The notes under the pieces: generated by a model | Told to the model about the DNA's origin: nothing | Database searches by the model: none | Seen by the model: the letters and a program-made list of their open reading frames with translations, nothing else | Program-made: the position numbers and the translations under genes | In this document: positions 52,336 through 62,136 of the stretch, in pieces | How positions within the stretch are numbered: the stretch's first letter is position 1 | Layout: the number at the start of each line of letters is the position of its first letter | NCBI GenBank assembly: GCA_963662285.2 | Contig: CAXXMV010000008.1 | Location: 1,120,001-1,184,000 of the forward strand | DNA length: 64,000 nt | Reading direction: 5' to 3' | Origin: a bacterium | GTDB lineage: Bacteria; Hinthialibacterota; Hinthialibacteria; Hinthialibacterales; Hinthialibacteraceae

Positions 52336-54788
52336 GATGATATCACCTCCTCGAGTGACATTGGCAGCCGCACCTCGAAACAACTCCCGCAGAGAAATAG
52401 ACTTCGCATAACTTTAATTGTCCCCTGAAGGCTTCCCTCTTTCACATCATGGACAATCTTTTGGCAAATATCGAGCCCCATACCGCATCCGTGTTCCTTG
52501 GTGGTGTAATGCAAATCGAAGACCCTATTGAAGTCCTTTTGATGAATCCCCGGACCGTTGTCGTGAACGCGGAGAATGAGCAAGGGATATCCTTTGTCGC
52601 TTTTATCCTCTAGAGCCTCAATATGGATTTCACTCGCCCGCGAGAATCCGTCTTCCTGAGAAAGCCGCTCGCACTGCTGGGCGGCATTCAGTGTGAGATT
52701 CGTGAGCAGTTGATCGAGATGACTGCGACGCATTTTCAAACACCGCTCCGCCACGAGGCGATCAATGGATAGTCTAAGATTCGCGTTATATTCCATGGTT
52801 TCCGTTTCAAGTCGGCTTACGATCTTCTCAATCTCCTCCCGGGCGTAAAAGATTTTGACATTCTCACGCTGTCCCCTGGCCATTGATCGGAATCCGTTGA
52901 TGACACGTTGCGCTCTGGAAAGCCGGGCCATAGCTGTGTGGAGAGTTTCCTTGGCGTCGATGTAGGTACCGGAGGCAATTTGCTGGATCGCTTTATCAAG
53001 TAAAAACCCGGAAGACATATCTCTTGACAAGTCGTGAGCCATACTGCCATAGGATTGCCCCATCATCTCGAAAGGTTTCATCTCTCGGATGCTCTCCTCG
53101 AGTTTCCCGATTTGGAGAATCTGTCCCACTTCTCTTGCAATACGTTGCGCGAGACGAATAGCATCCTCCTTGACAAAACCATTCACATCCGGATGGAAAG
53201 CGAAGAGGGCATAGGCGTTGTACGACGCTCGGCCGATATTAACCGGAACTCCCACGCAAGACTGATATCTGTATGCATGTAGAAGATATCGGTGTTTTGG
53301 CTTATCTTTGTCGAGCGCGTTAGAGGTGAAAACCTTTTCTCCACCCACTGCCGCATCGCGGATGGGACTCCAACCGAGTTTCTGCTTCTTCCAAGTATTG
53401 AACTTATTTGATGGGCCCGTGAGTGCCTCGATGGTGACCTCATCAGAAATCGGATTGATCGCAAATAGAGCAGCCGCTTCCGCATCAAGAGAGTCTCTTA
53501 AATCTTGGAGGGCAATCTCTATCTCCGATTCAGGGCGTGAAACGAGAGCGGCATCCTCGCCGGTTGGACGTTGCAGAAAGTCAGACAACGGCCTTTTCGA
53601 TTTACCAGGAGCGCTTAAAGCCTGAAACAATCCGTCCTGTCCGAACGGCTTGTTGATGATATCGTTGATAAATAGATTCGAATTGTCAGAGACTGTTTGC
53701 CGGTTGCTATCCAGTTCCTCGCCGGTAATGAGAACAATGGGACAGTCCGGAATAGCCTTCTCGATTTGCTGAGCAATCCGGATTCCCGAATAGTCTTTTC
53801 CTTCTCGATTCTCGGGATGAAGGTTTACATCAATAATCGCAAGATCGATGTCCACTCCACTCTTCTCGATTGTATTCAGAGCGCAATGCTCTTCTAAGCA
53901 GCACAACGTATTGACATTACATTCTTTACGAAGATATTGGCTTAGCGAAGAACAGAGTTCTTCATCATCATCGACGAGCAACAACGTACTAATTTTAGAG
54001 CGGGCGATTAGATCGGTAAGCAAGTTAACGGTGTCATCGGATTCGTATTGGCCTGTTACTGGATAGGAATTTGATATTTCAAATAACTCTTTCAGAGTAA
54101 CCTGAGATTTCACATAACTGATGTAGTCCAGCGTTACGGTTCGATTTTCCTGATCCGTTTTCTCCGGCAGGAACCATCCCGCGATCTCGTCGCCGCGCAC
54201 AGGGATTTGGTGTCCCGGCCAGTGTTCTTTTGGGAGAATCACGGCAAGTTCCCCGAGGAATGCTCTGGCACGCACCCCTGATTTAATTCTGCCCCAAGCC
54301 CAGGAATCGGTTATGGATTCGATGGTAAAGGATTTGATATCCTTTGCTTTCCAATTGGCAACATCATTCCACGGATCGCCATCCACGAGAATATGGCTGA
54401 CAATCTTCAGTTTATTCTTTCCGAAATCGCGATCGGCACTGGGAACAACGCACAAGCGATCACCGATGGCTATTTCCCTACCGTGAACGTCACTCATGCC
54501 ACCGCTCTTTTTCACGGCTTGGACAACGGCTTCACCATCGATTATTTCCTCGACAACACAGAATTCCCTGTATTTATCGTGTATCTTGAATCCGGGCCAG
54601 ACTTCCTTCCACGGCAGTAATGCCTCTTCGCCTCCTTCCAGTTCTACAACTGCAGCGGAGTAGTCCAACTCACGAACACGAGCCAGAACAACTTTCGATA
54701 ACCCACCGCCATCCGAAGGAGAGTGTGATGTGTTACTGTCCTTGGGATCGATTCCAGGTACGCGCGAATTCTTATCTTCCATGCTCAT
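52332..54788 (-). CDS. S1-S1-REC-GAF-like histidine kinase
   Basis: Two S1-like repeats joined by a DPW linker as in ribosomal protein S1; LLVDDD / IIDVNL receiver; AHDL, LNAAQQ, HDNGPG, GCGMGL; ATG at 54788 has an AGGA RBS. Confidence 0.8.
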   Translation of the reverse strand: MSMEDKNSRVPGIDPKDSNTSHSPSDGGGLSKVVLARVRELDYSAAVVELEGGEEALLPWKEVWPGFKIHDKYREFCVVEEIIDGEAVVQAVKKSGGMSDVHGREIAIGDRLCVVPSADRDFGKNKLKIVSHILVDGDPWNDVANWKAKDIKSFTIESITDSWAWGRIKSGVRARAFLGELAVILPKEHWPGHQIPVRGDEIAGWFLPEKTDQENRTVTLDYISYVKSQVTLKELFEISNSYPVTGQYESDDTVNLLTDLIARSKISTLLLVDDDEELCSSLSQYLRKECNVNTLCCLEEHCALNTIEKSGVDIDLAIIDVNLHPENREGKDYSGIRIAQQIEKAIPDCPIVLITGEELDSNRQTVSDNSNLFINDIINKPFGQDGLFQALSAPGKSKRPLSDFLQRPTGEDAALVSRPESEIEIALQDLRDSLDAEAAALFAINPISDEVTIEALTGPSNKFNTWKKQKLGWSPIRDAAVGGEKVFTSNALDKDKPKHRYLLHAYRYQSCVGVPVNIGRASYNAYALFAFHPDVNGFVKEDAIRLAQRIAREVGQILQIGKLEESIREMKPFEMMGQSYGSMAHDLSRDMSSGFLLDKAIQQIASGTYIDAKETLHTAMARLSRAQRVINGFRSMARGQRENVKIFYAREEIEKIVSRLETETMEYNANLRLSIDRLVAERCLKMRRSHLDQLLTNLTLNAAQQCERLSQEDGFSRASEIHIEALEDKSDKGYPLLILRVHDNGPGIHQKDFNRVFDLHYTTKEHGCGMGLDICQKIVHDVKEGSLQGTIKVMRSLFLCGSCFEVRLPMSLEEVISS

Positions 54789-55034
54789 TACGTTCCTATA
54801 TTCCGATTGCCTTACAGATTTACAACTCCAATCCAATCTCTACAAACCAGATTGAATCGATTGATCTTACCACATTTATTATATAAAAATAAAGTGTTAT
54901 TTAGTAAAAATACAATTTACTTGCTTCAATGTAACATGTTGAATAATAACAGCATACGCTAGGTTCTATTAATTCAATAATTTTTCTCTATAGGATCATC
55001 TTCTGAAATAGACTTTTATGATTTAGTATATTTG

Positions 55035-55307
55035 TGAGGTACATAATGAGGTACAAATTTGTTATTTATATTTTACTTTTCTCTATGAATTCCCAATTTT
55101 ATTGGTTATAATACAGAATATTTAATTCTGTAGCATTAGCTTGTATAACTGATTTCATTAGACTTACGCAAGTTTCGTTGTTTCCCGTTTCCTCTCCTTA
55201 TCTTACTACCATTTTTTATACGATTTACACTTCTGCTACGCTCTACCAACGATCACGGAATAGATTTTAGATTTCTTTCGTAAATCTGAGGTACAAATTG
55301 CGGTACA
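55035..55307. repeat. TGAGGTACA paired repeats (arm-site-like)
   Basis: TGAGGTACA at 55035, 55047 and 55287, TGCGGTACA at 55299; a matching pair at 19099-19120. Confidence 0.65.
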
Positions 55308-55452
55308 ACCTGCCGATAGGATATCGGACGTCCGCTTTCTTACCTTTTATGGTAAAGAAACCCCTTAAACGATCACCTGATACCTGATCGGGTGATTACC
55401 GAATCTTTCCATCTATTCTTAATAACTGAATTCCAATTATTTATACCATGCA

Positions 55453-55884
55453 ATGTTTCAGTTTATTAATCTGATTTGTAGACGAAATTGTGGACACTTT
55501 TTCGACTCCCGCCGCCTCCACCATTTCGATACAAAACATCCCGTAAACAAAGCCACAAAAAAATCGGACAAAAACCACTCACAAATAAACACTTGCATAG
55601 CCAAACAAGAAACACCTTCAGAACAAAAGTTAACACCTTCAGAACACATTGTTGACGTAAATTTGCACGAAAAGTGTGCACATAGCGTGCACAAAGGTCT
55701 GGAATCCTTTTCTAAATTTTCCTCGGATGCCCCCATTTATTTGGAACAAGAAGAAATTGAATTGATCGAATTTTGGAGAAATTTAGGCAAAGAACGACGA
55801 TATATTATAAGGAAATTGGGTATCATACCTGATACAATTTTTCAGGCAATCAAATCAATTCTCAATGTTTTCGATATCGTGTAA
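55453..55884 (+). CDS. Hypothetical protein
   Basis: 143-aa ORF; EEIELIEFWRNL resembles C-terminal helices of phage-type regulators; start uncertain. Confidence 0.4.
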   Translation: MFQFINLICRRNCGHFFDSRRLHHFDTKHPVNKATKKSDKNHSQINTCIAKQETPSEQKLTPSEHIVDVNLHEKCAHSVHKGLESFSKFSSDAPIYLEQEEIELIEFWRNLGKERRYIIRKLGIIPDTIFQAIKSILNVFDIV

Positions 55885-56143
55885 GAGTAAGTCTTTATGA
55901 CCTGTGAGATCCCAATTTTCAAGCGGCGAGACGCACCGATTTAGTTTTTTTTATTATTGCGAACTAATGGAATAAAAAACCAGCTATTCTGTTAGCCACT
56001 GTTTCCACTAGAACTCTCATTGATCCAAATCTACATCCCCCCGGTTTCCAAGCCGTGTGCGAAGATCCGTTCCACGATCTCTCCCCGTTTGCGTTGCAGG
56101 GCCTTGCCTCTCTTCCCCCGGATACCTTTGAGTGATATTGAAT

Positions 56144-56506
56144 TTAATTTGAATATAATATTTCAAGACAATCTTTTATTATTTTGAAATCACTTGGACA
56201 AAGTTCATGCTCTTTGATTTTTCTTTTTATCTTCTCTATTGTTTTCACATATATAGATATTCTTTCTGATTTAAAAAGACGATGAAAACTTTTGATTGAT
56301 GGATTTATGTGGCCTTTATTCTCGATCAGTATTTTTAATGCTATTTTTTCCTGACGATTTAAATTATCAAGAAATTCTATTACGGTAATATGATTTCTTA
56401 AATCATAGTTTAATTTTTGGTCTTCATTCAGAGTCGTGTATAAAATCATTTTTTTTCTCCGATATTTGTTGAATTTTTCATAATTTCCCGAATTTCTCTT
56501 CCTCAA
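56144..56506 (-). CDS. Hypothetical AT-rich protein
   Basis: Overlaps the upstream 56478-56870 ORF; no motif recognised. Confidence 0.4.
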   Translation of the reverse strand: MRKRNSGNYEKFNKYRRKKMILYTTLNEDQKLNYDLRNHITVIEFLDNLNRQEKIALKILIENKGHINPSIKSFHRLFKSERISIYVKTIEKIKRKIKEHELCPSDFKIIKDCLEILYSN

Positions 56507-56870
56507 TACTAAATTTCCACAATAAAGTTGATAACTCTCGTTTCTTAAACTTTAAGAAACCGTATATAATTCTTTCTATATATAATTTGTGCCTCCCTTG
56601 TTTTAAAAATTTGTCTTTATTCTTTCCATATAAAAAATCCATAAAGAAAATGAATCTTTCTTTAATTGTTTTATTAACATGCATTGCTATTGCAGTAGTT
56701 AAATCGTTATAAGAGCTGAGATTAAAATACAATCTATAACGACTTTCTAAAACTTTTGCTTGACTAATTATTTTTTTAGTGTGAATGCTTTTTTTCATGC
56801 ACTCTTCAATTATTTCTGTGATTAATACCTGCTCAGGAAAAAAACGTTCAGTGTAAAATATGTTGTACAT
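56478..56870 (-). CDS. Hypothetical AT-rich protein
   Basis: 130 aa with an AAGGA RBS; no motif recognised. Confidence 0.5.
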   Translation of the reverse strand: MYNIFYTERFFPEQVLITEIIEECMKKSIHTKKIISQAKVLESRYRLYFNLSSYNDLTTAIAMHVNKTIKERFIFFMDFLYGKNKDKFLKQGRHKLYIERIIYGFLKFKKRELSTLLWKFSIEEEKFGKL

Positions 56871-56979
56871 AATTGTTTTCCTTTAAGTCTTTTTTCTTAT
56901 AATTCTGCTGGGGATTATATTTTTTTTAGCCTTAAAAGTCAAACAAAAAGTCTCGCAACTAACTCTTTTATTTGAACTT

Positions 56980-57006
56980 AACTTCCATGGAAGTTCCATG
57001 GAAGTT
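56980..57006. promoter_or_regulatory. Nested palindrome, candidate operator
   Basis: AACTTCCATGGAA-G-TTCCATGGAAGTT between divergent genes. Confidence 0.5.
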
Positions 57007-57174
57007 TGAATGATCATATTTTGTAATAAAAGTTGAAAAGAGATTGCGTTTGTGAGTGTTTGCAGGTATCTTTTTGGATATAGTGTGATTTGTTCCATCT
57101 TTCCCAAAAGGATATCGAATTCTAGAAAAATAAGAGTTCGCTAAAGGTATGAATAATATGGGTGGATTAATGCT

Positions 57175-58458
57175 ATGAATAAAGAAAATTCAATATCAAA
57201 ATATTCTGCAAGAGAAATTTTGAAATCCGCAAATATTTTAAAAGATTTAGATTTTGTTACAAATATGCTTTTGATATTTTTTGAAATTAACCATGACTCC
57301 AAATACTGTGATTGGTTTGAGTTCCAACACTGGTTAAAAAACAATAAAGAATGTGATGAGATAAATGAAATTAGAGCAACTTTGGGGAAAGATAACTTAG
57401 AAAAATTTAATAAAGATATAATTGAAGGATTTAATACAAGCCCTTCCAAAAATACTAGTAAAATAAATATGATCAAGTCAGCTATAAAATCAATTAGCGA
57501 AAATCGCTCAACTTACCTTCCTGATAATCACTCACCTCTAAATATAAAGATATTTGAATTAATCAAACCCACTTCTTCAGAAATTGAAAAACTGGATTTT
57601 TCATTAGAAACAAGAAGATATCAATATATATTGAGAGAGAACATTCTTTTAGTTGATTATAGTATGAATGATGAAGAATTTGATTTTATTACAAAATTAA
57701 AGATTTCTGAAAGGAGAAATTATGAAACTGCGATGGATCAAATTGATCAATCATTCAAAATCTTTAAGTACGAAGAAGAAAATTTATTTTTATCTTCTGG
57801 AAATCTACGACGAAGACTAAGGTTATTAATTTTTAACGATTATTGGGTGTTACCTTTCATTAAAATGAATTATCGAAAAAACTTTTTACCTGTACAAATT
57901 ACCTCAAATATAGATGTAAAAGCAAAAGTGTTGAAAAGTAATGAATCAATTTCAGTTAAAGTTACTGATGTTGAAAGTAGCAATGACCTTTTTGGCTACA
58001 GGTTGGACTTTGTTCCGGAGATTCCAAAAAGTTCTCTAATACAGTTAGAGATAACTGAACTATATGATAAACCCAAAATTAGTCCAGATATTATTCAAAA
58101 TATCATTAAAGAACATGGAGAATCTATTAATATATCAATGAAATTTCGTTACTTATTCAAGTATGAGACCATGTTATCGAAATGCGAATACAAATTCGAT
58201 TGGAATTTTTACACTGGCAGTTTAGATTTTTTTAATCCAGGTAGCTATGACTATGACAGGGATGAATTTTTTGTTAATTTATATGCTAAAAATACTAAGA
58301 CTGGAAAATCCATTAATTTAATTATTCTTAATCCTGTATCAGATGGTGAATATTCACTACATATTAATCTAATAATTGGAGAAGGAGAATATATGGATGA
58401 TTTACTATACCAAGATGAAATAGGTACTCATTGGGAAGGGAGAATTAGATATCGTTAG
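57175..58458 (+). CDS. Hypothetical protein
   Basis: 427-aa ORF in very AT-rich DNA, so unlikely by chance; no family recognised. Confidence 0.75.
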   Translation: MNKENSISKYSAREILKSANILKDLDFVTNMLLIFFEINHDSKYCDWFEFQHWLKNNKECDEINEIRATLGKDNLEKFNKDIIEGFNTSPSKNTSKINMIKSAIKSISENRSTYLPDNHSPLNIKIFELIKPTSSEIEKLDFSLETRRYQYILRENILLVDYSMNDEEFDFITKLKISERRNYETAMDQIDQSFKIFKYEEENLFLSSGNLRRRLRLLIFNDYWVLPFIKMNYRKNFLPVQITSNIDVKAKVLKSNESISVKVTDVESSNDLFGYRLDFVPEIPKSSLIQLEITELYDKPKISPDIIQNIIKEHGESINISMKFRYLFKYETMLSKCEYKFDWNFYTGSLDFFNPGSYDYDRDEFFVNLYAKNTKTGKSINLIILNPVSDGEYSLHINLIIGEGEYMDDLLYQDEIGTHWEGRIRYR

Positions 58459-58513
58459 ATGAAAGATTCAGAAATCCAAAACATTTTTATACAACTTCCC
58501 CTACATCCCCAAC

Positions 58514-59776
58514 ATGACTAAGAAAATTTCCGATGGAGAATTGAACCGGACGGAGTCGTATATCGCTGCCGCTCGCCGGTCTGATCGAAAATCCTCTATT
58601 ATCCGTGATCCCGATTATCTTGATGATGAGAGCCTGCCTGAGGAGCAGCGCATTAAAGTTCTAGAAGAGATATTCTCTCGTGATGTGCGTAGCAAGGAAC
58701 TTCAAGCGCTTGCTTCCCATTTCGCTCCACTTCTCGACCAAAAACCTACTAATCATATACTAATTTGCGGTCCGACAGGTTCGGGTAAGACCGCTTCGAT
58801 TATTCATTTCCTCTCTTCGCTTCAATCACTAGCAGAACGCGAGGACACGCCGGTCGAATGGCGCTATGTTGAACTTTCAGCCCAATCGACCTGTTTTGCT
58901 GCTCTGAACCGCATCGCCGTCTCTTTGGATGCTTCACGGTCATATTATAAAGGTATTCCGGTTGAACTGATGCAATCTAAAATCCGTGAAAGTCTATCCC
59001 GCAAGAAAGGAACGATCATTTTCCTGCTTGATGAGATCGATTGCGTCCAGCATGACCGAGATATCTTTATGACCTATCTAATTAAAACGTTACAGAAACA
59101 AGTTCCGGTCAGACTTATTTATATTTTTACCACAAATCGGCTGGACTGGGAAAGGGCTCTGGACGCAAGAATCACATCTTGTATGAAAAAATATGATCTT
59201 ATCTTCAATCCTTACGATGCCGTGGAGATCGGCGAGATCATCAAATTGCGCGTAGAAAAAGCGCTCAATCCCGATCTGGTTGACGATTCGGCGCTTTCTT
59301 TAATCGCGGCGCTCTCATCACGCAATTCGGGCGACGCCCGCAAAGCGGTGGAACTGCTGGTTAAATCTGCGATGATTGCCGATCGCGAAGGCAAACGGCT
59401 CACGGTCGATGACGTACGGCTAGCGGAACGAACGCTAGAGGTTGAAAAGGCGCTCTCGCTTGCGCAAACGCTGCCGCTGCATCAGAAATTATGTCTTGCC
59501 GCCTGTTATTCGCTCATACTGCGCCACAAAAAAGGCGTGCATACCGGCGATGTTTACGACAAATACAAATCCCTGGCAGAGCGAATAAACGGTTCGGCGC
59601 TGAGTCAACGCCGCTTCAGTGATATATTGAACTCACTCGATCTATATTGCCTTATTCGCGCCCGTATCGTTAGTCATGGGCGCTACGGAAAAACTCGGCA
59701 AATTGAAAATCCTTTGGGCAAGGACCTTGCGTGCAAAATTCTTGATTGTATCAGCCGTTCTTTCGGCGGATTATAG
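58514..59776 (+). CDS. Orc1/Cdc6-like AAA+ ATPase with winged helix
   Basis: GPTGSGKT, FLLDEID, LDARITS, FNPY, GDARKA, C-terminal wing SHGRYGKTRQI. Confidence 0.88.
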   Translation: MTKKISDGELNRTESYIAAARRSDRKSSIIRDPDYLDDESLPEEQRIKVLEEIFSRDVRSKELQALASHFAPLLDQKPTNHILICGPTGSGKTASIIHFLSSLQSLAEREDTPVEWRYVELSAQSTCFAALNRIAVSLDASRSYYKGIPVELMQSKIRESLSRKKGTIIFLLDEIDCVQHDRDIFMTYLIKTLQKQVPVRLIYIFTTNRLDWERALDARITSCMKKYDLIFNPYDAVEIGEIIKLRVEKALNPDLVDDSALSLIAALSSRNSGDARKAVELLVKSAMIADREGKRLTVDDVRLAERTLEVEKALSLAQTLPLHQKLCLAACYSLILRHKKGVHTGDVYDKYKSLAERINGSALSQRRFSDILNSLDLYCLIRARIVSHGRYGKTRQIENPLGKDLACKILDCISRSFGGL

Positions 59777-59932
59777 AAAGATTTATATAGAAAAGGTGAG
59801 ATCCGTTTCATATGCGAGAAAACGACCGATGGTTTCTATTGCGCGAGCCGCGAACGATCACCGACATCTGGCGAGCCAAACAACACCGAAAACTTGCCAA
59901 AATTCTTCCTGAGGATGATGAATGGGATTGAT

Positions 59933-61144
59933 TCAGCTCTTCCCTTTTGGTTTATTGGGATTTTTTTGCCGATTCATTGTCCCGCAGGCTTTACTGAAAT
60001 CTTGCTTTAGCGCTCGTTCGAACTTTGAGAGATAGTCCATTATCCGCTTAAGGGGCTTTTCAAACTGAATCGCCTCACCAAGAACGCTCCGGGCGCGTTG
60101 GGCATCGCCCTGCTCGATTTGACCAATGACTGCGCCGATGCAGGATTGGATTTTCTCGATAATCTCGCGCGTTTTCGGTTCCATTGCCTCAATCGATTTT
60201 TCCAATTCGATGCGCTTGCGAGTCTGTTGCAGTGCTTCAATGGCTTTTGGCATTGTTTCTTTAGGGATGGTCTTGGTCATACCTAAGATTTTCTGAAAAG
60301 CGGCGATGTCTTTTTCGAAGATCGCCTTATCGATTAGTTTCATTTTCTCTAATTGTGCGAAAATCTGGTGGTTCTCTATGCGGATACGATTTAACGCTTC
60401 AATCAGCTCAATACGGCCTTGATTTGTTCGCATGGATTGAGGAAGATGTTTCAGAATAGTCTTCAGGTTTATAAATATCTCATTTTCTTTCAAGGAGATA
60501 TGTCGTGAAAAACGTTCAGCCATATCGGCTTGGTCGTACGATTCATTGATAGGAAGTCTGTATTCCGAGAATAATCCTGTATCGTCCGCGCCGGTTCCGA
60601 TCGATCGCCCTTTTGGCCAAATTGCGAACAATAGCGTGATTAGGGCGATGATGAACGCCAAACTAAGCACTGCCGCCAGGAATGGAATTCGTAAAAGCAG
60701 CCAATCGAAGAATGACGGGACGAACGAGCGAATAGTGGCGTAGATCAGGATATACGAAATGGCTAGAGAGATTTTGAAGGAAGCGCCGAAATTGATCAAT
60801 ACTTGGTGGAACACAACGGCGGCTAGGCACAAGATCAGAGCGGCGGCGTAGGGGCCGAAACTCGCGATATTAAAGTGCATCCTGTATTGCGTGACTGAAA
60901 GCGCAATCGCAAGGATTATTCCAACTGCTAGCGAAATAAGACGGCCAGGTTTGCCGGTGAATCGTGTTCCTAAGGTGGCGCGGGTGATGCCAGTGAATAG
61001 AATAAAGTAGATCACGAAATCGATCACGGATGAATGCTGCAAATAGATGCGGGCAATGTCGATTCCCCGCAGTGGATCGAAGATTATAGAAAGGACGTCT
61101 TTTTGGATGACGAATCTTTGATTCGGAGCATGTAAGTCTATCAT
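59933..61144 (-). CDS. Membrane protein (about five TM helices + long coiled-coil tail)
   Basis: Hydrophobic N-terminal half, helical charged C-terminal half; AGGAG RBS. Confidence 0.8.
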   Translation of the reverse strand: MIDLHAPNQRFVIQKDVLSIIFDPLRGIDIARIYLQHSSVIDFVIYFILFTGITRATLGTRFTGKPGRLISLAVGIILAIALSVTQYRMHFNIASFGPYAAALILCLAAVVFHQVLINFGASFKISLAISYILIYATIRSFVPSFFDWLLLRIPFLAAVLSLAFIIALITLLFAIWPKGRSIGTGADDTGLFSEYRLPINESYDQADMAERFSRHISLKENEIFINLKTILKHLPQSMRTNQGRIELIEALNRIRIENHQIFAQLEKMKLIDKAIFEKDIAAFQKILGMTKTIPKETMPKAIEALQQTRKRIELEKSIEAMEPKTREIIEKIQSCIGAVIGQIEQGDAQRARSVLGEAIQFEKPLKRIMDYLSKFERALKQDFSKACGTMNRQKNPNKPKGKS

Positions 61145-62136
61145 TTCTCCTTCTGAATAAAGGATTTATTAAAAGCTTTCGAATGACGAAGTGTGAGAAG
61201 ATTTCTTGTGGAAAAACATTTCATTTATGTGTTTTGTATCTCCGAAATGAGTGAACCGAAATCATTACAATAGAAATATCTCTACCTCCGTTGCAAGGGA
61301 GAAAATTTGATATAAATATTTTTCTGATTCCTGTGGAGTGATGAATCCTGGATTTTTGAATAACATGCAACATATTCAAAAAGTTCCATCGGAAAAGTTC
61401 TCACAGTCTCAATATATTTCTAATAAGTTTCTTTTCAAGTTGTTTTTATTTTTTGTTGGTTTACCTGAAGAATGTTTGTTTGAACAAAAGTCGGCGGTTT
61501 GTTTGTTTTTTTGGTTTTCGTGTTGTGCTGATGGTTTATGTCAGAGTTTGTAAAAAAAAGTTAACGGTTTCTTTTTGGTTGTGGTATGATTGTTTGAATG
61601 CTTATGAGAGGAGGATTTACCTATGATTGATGGGTTTTTCTGTTTCTGCTAAGCCTTGGAGGGGTTTGCAGTGTCCTTTTATTGTAGAGTTGTTTGATGA
61701 AGTTCGTTTTTTTTGTTCATAGAGTTTTTTGCGAGATAAAGTGGAATTGAAAAAAAATAGGGTTGACGTTCTTTTGAGGAATGTGTAATCTATTGGAGAG
61801 ATTATTTGATGTTGGAATTTATCTTTGTTTAAATTTTCAATATTGAAAAGAATAGAATTTTTTAATATTTTTTGAATTTTGTTTGCGTTGTATATGATCA
61901 TTTTTTAGGATTTTTCGAGAATAACTGGTTGTGAGTGATTATATACTCAGCCTCAATGATCTGTTTGAATTTGTTGTGGCTTCGTGATACTGCTTCGCAA
62001 GTGATAAATGAGGAGTTATTGTTGCGAAACACTACATTTAAATATGAGTAGTTTTACTTGTAAGTAGTAACTATCTTATTGAGACAAGATAGGACTGATA
62101 TTTATTATTGACGATACACTATGAGGTGCGAAGAAG

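Noticed and set aside
61338-61901. Short ORFs in the T-rich stretch
   Set aside because: Strong compositional bias, no RBS or motifs; probably non-coding.
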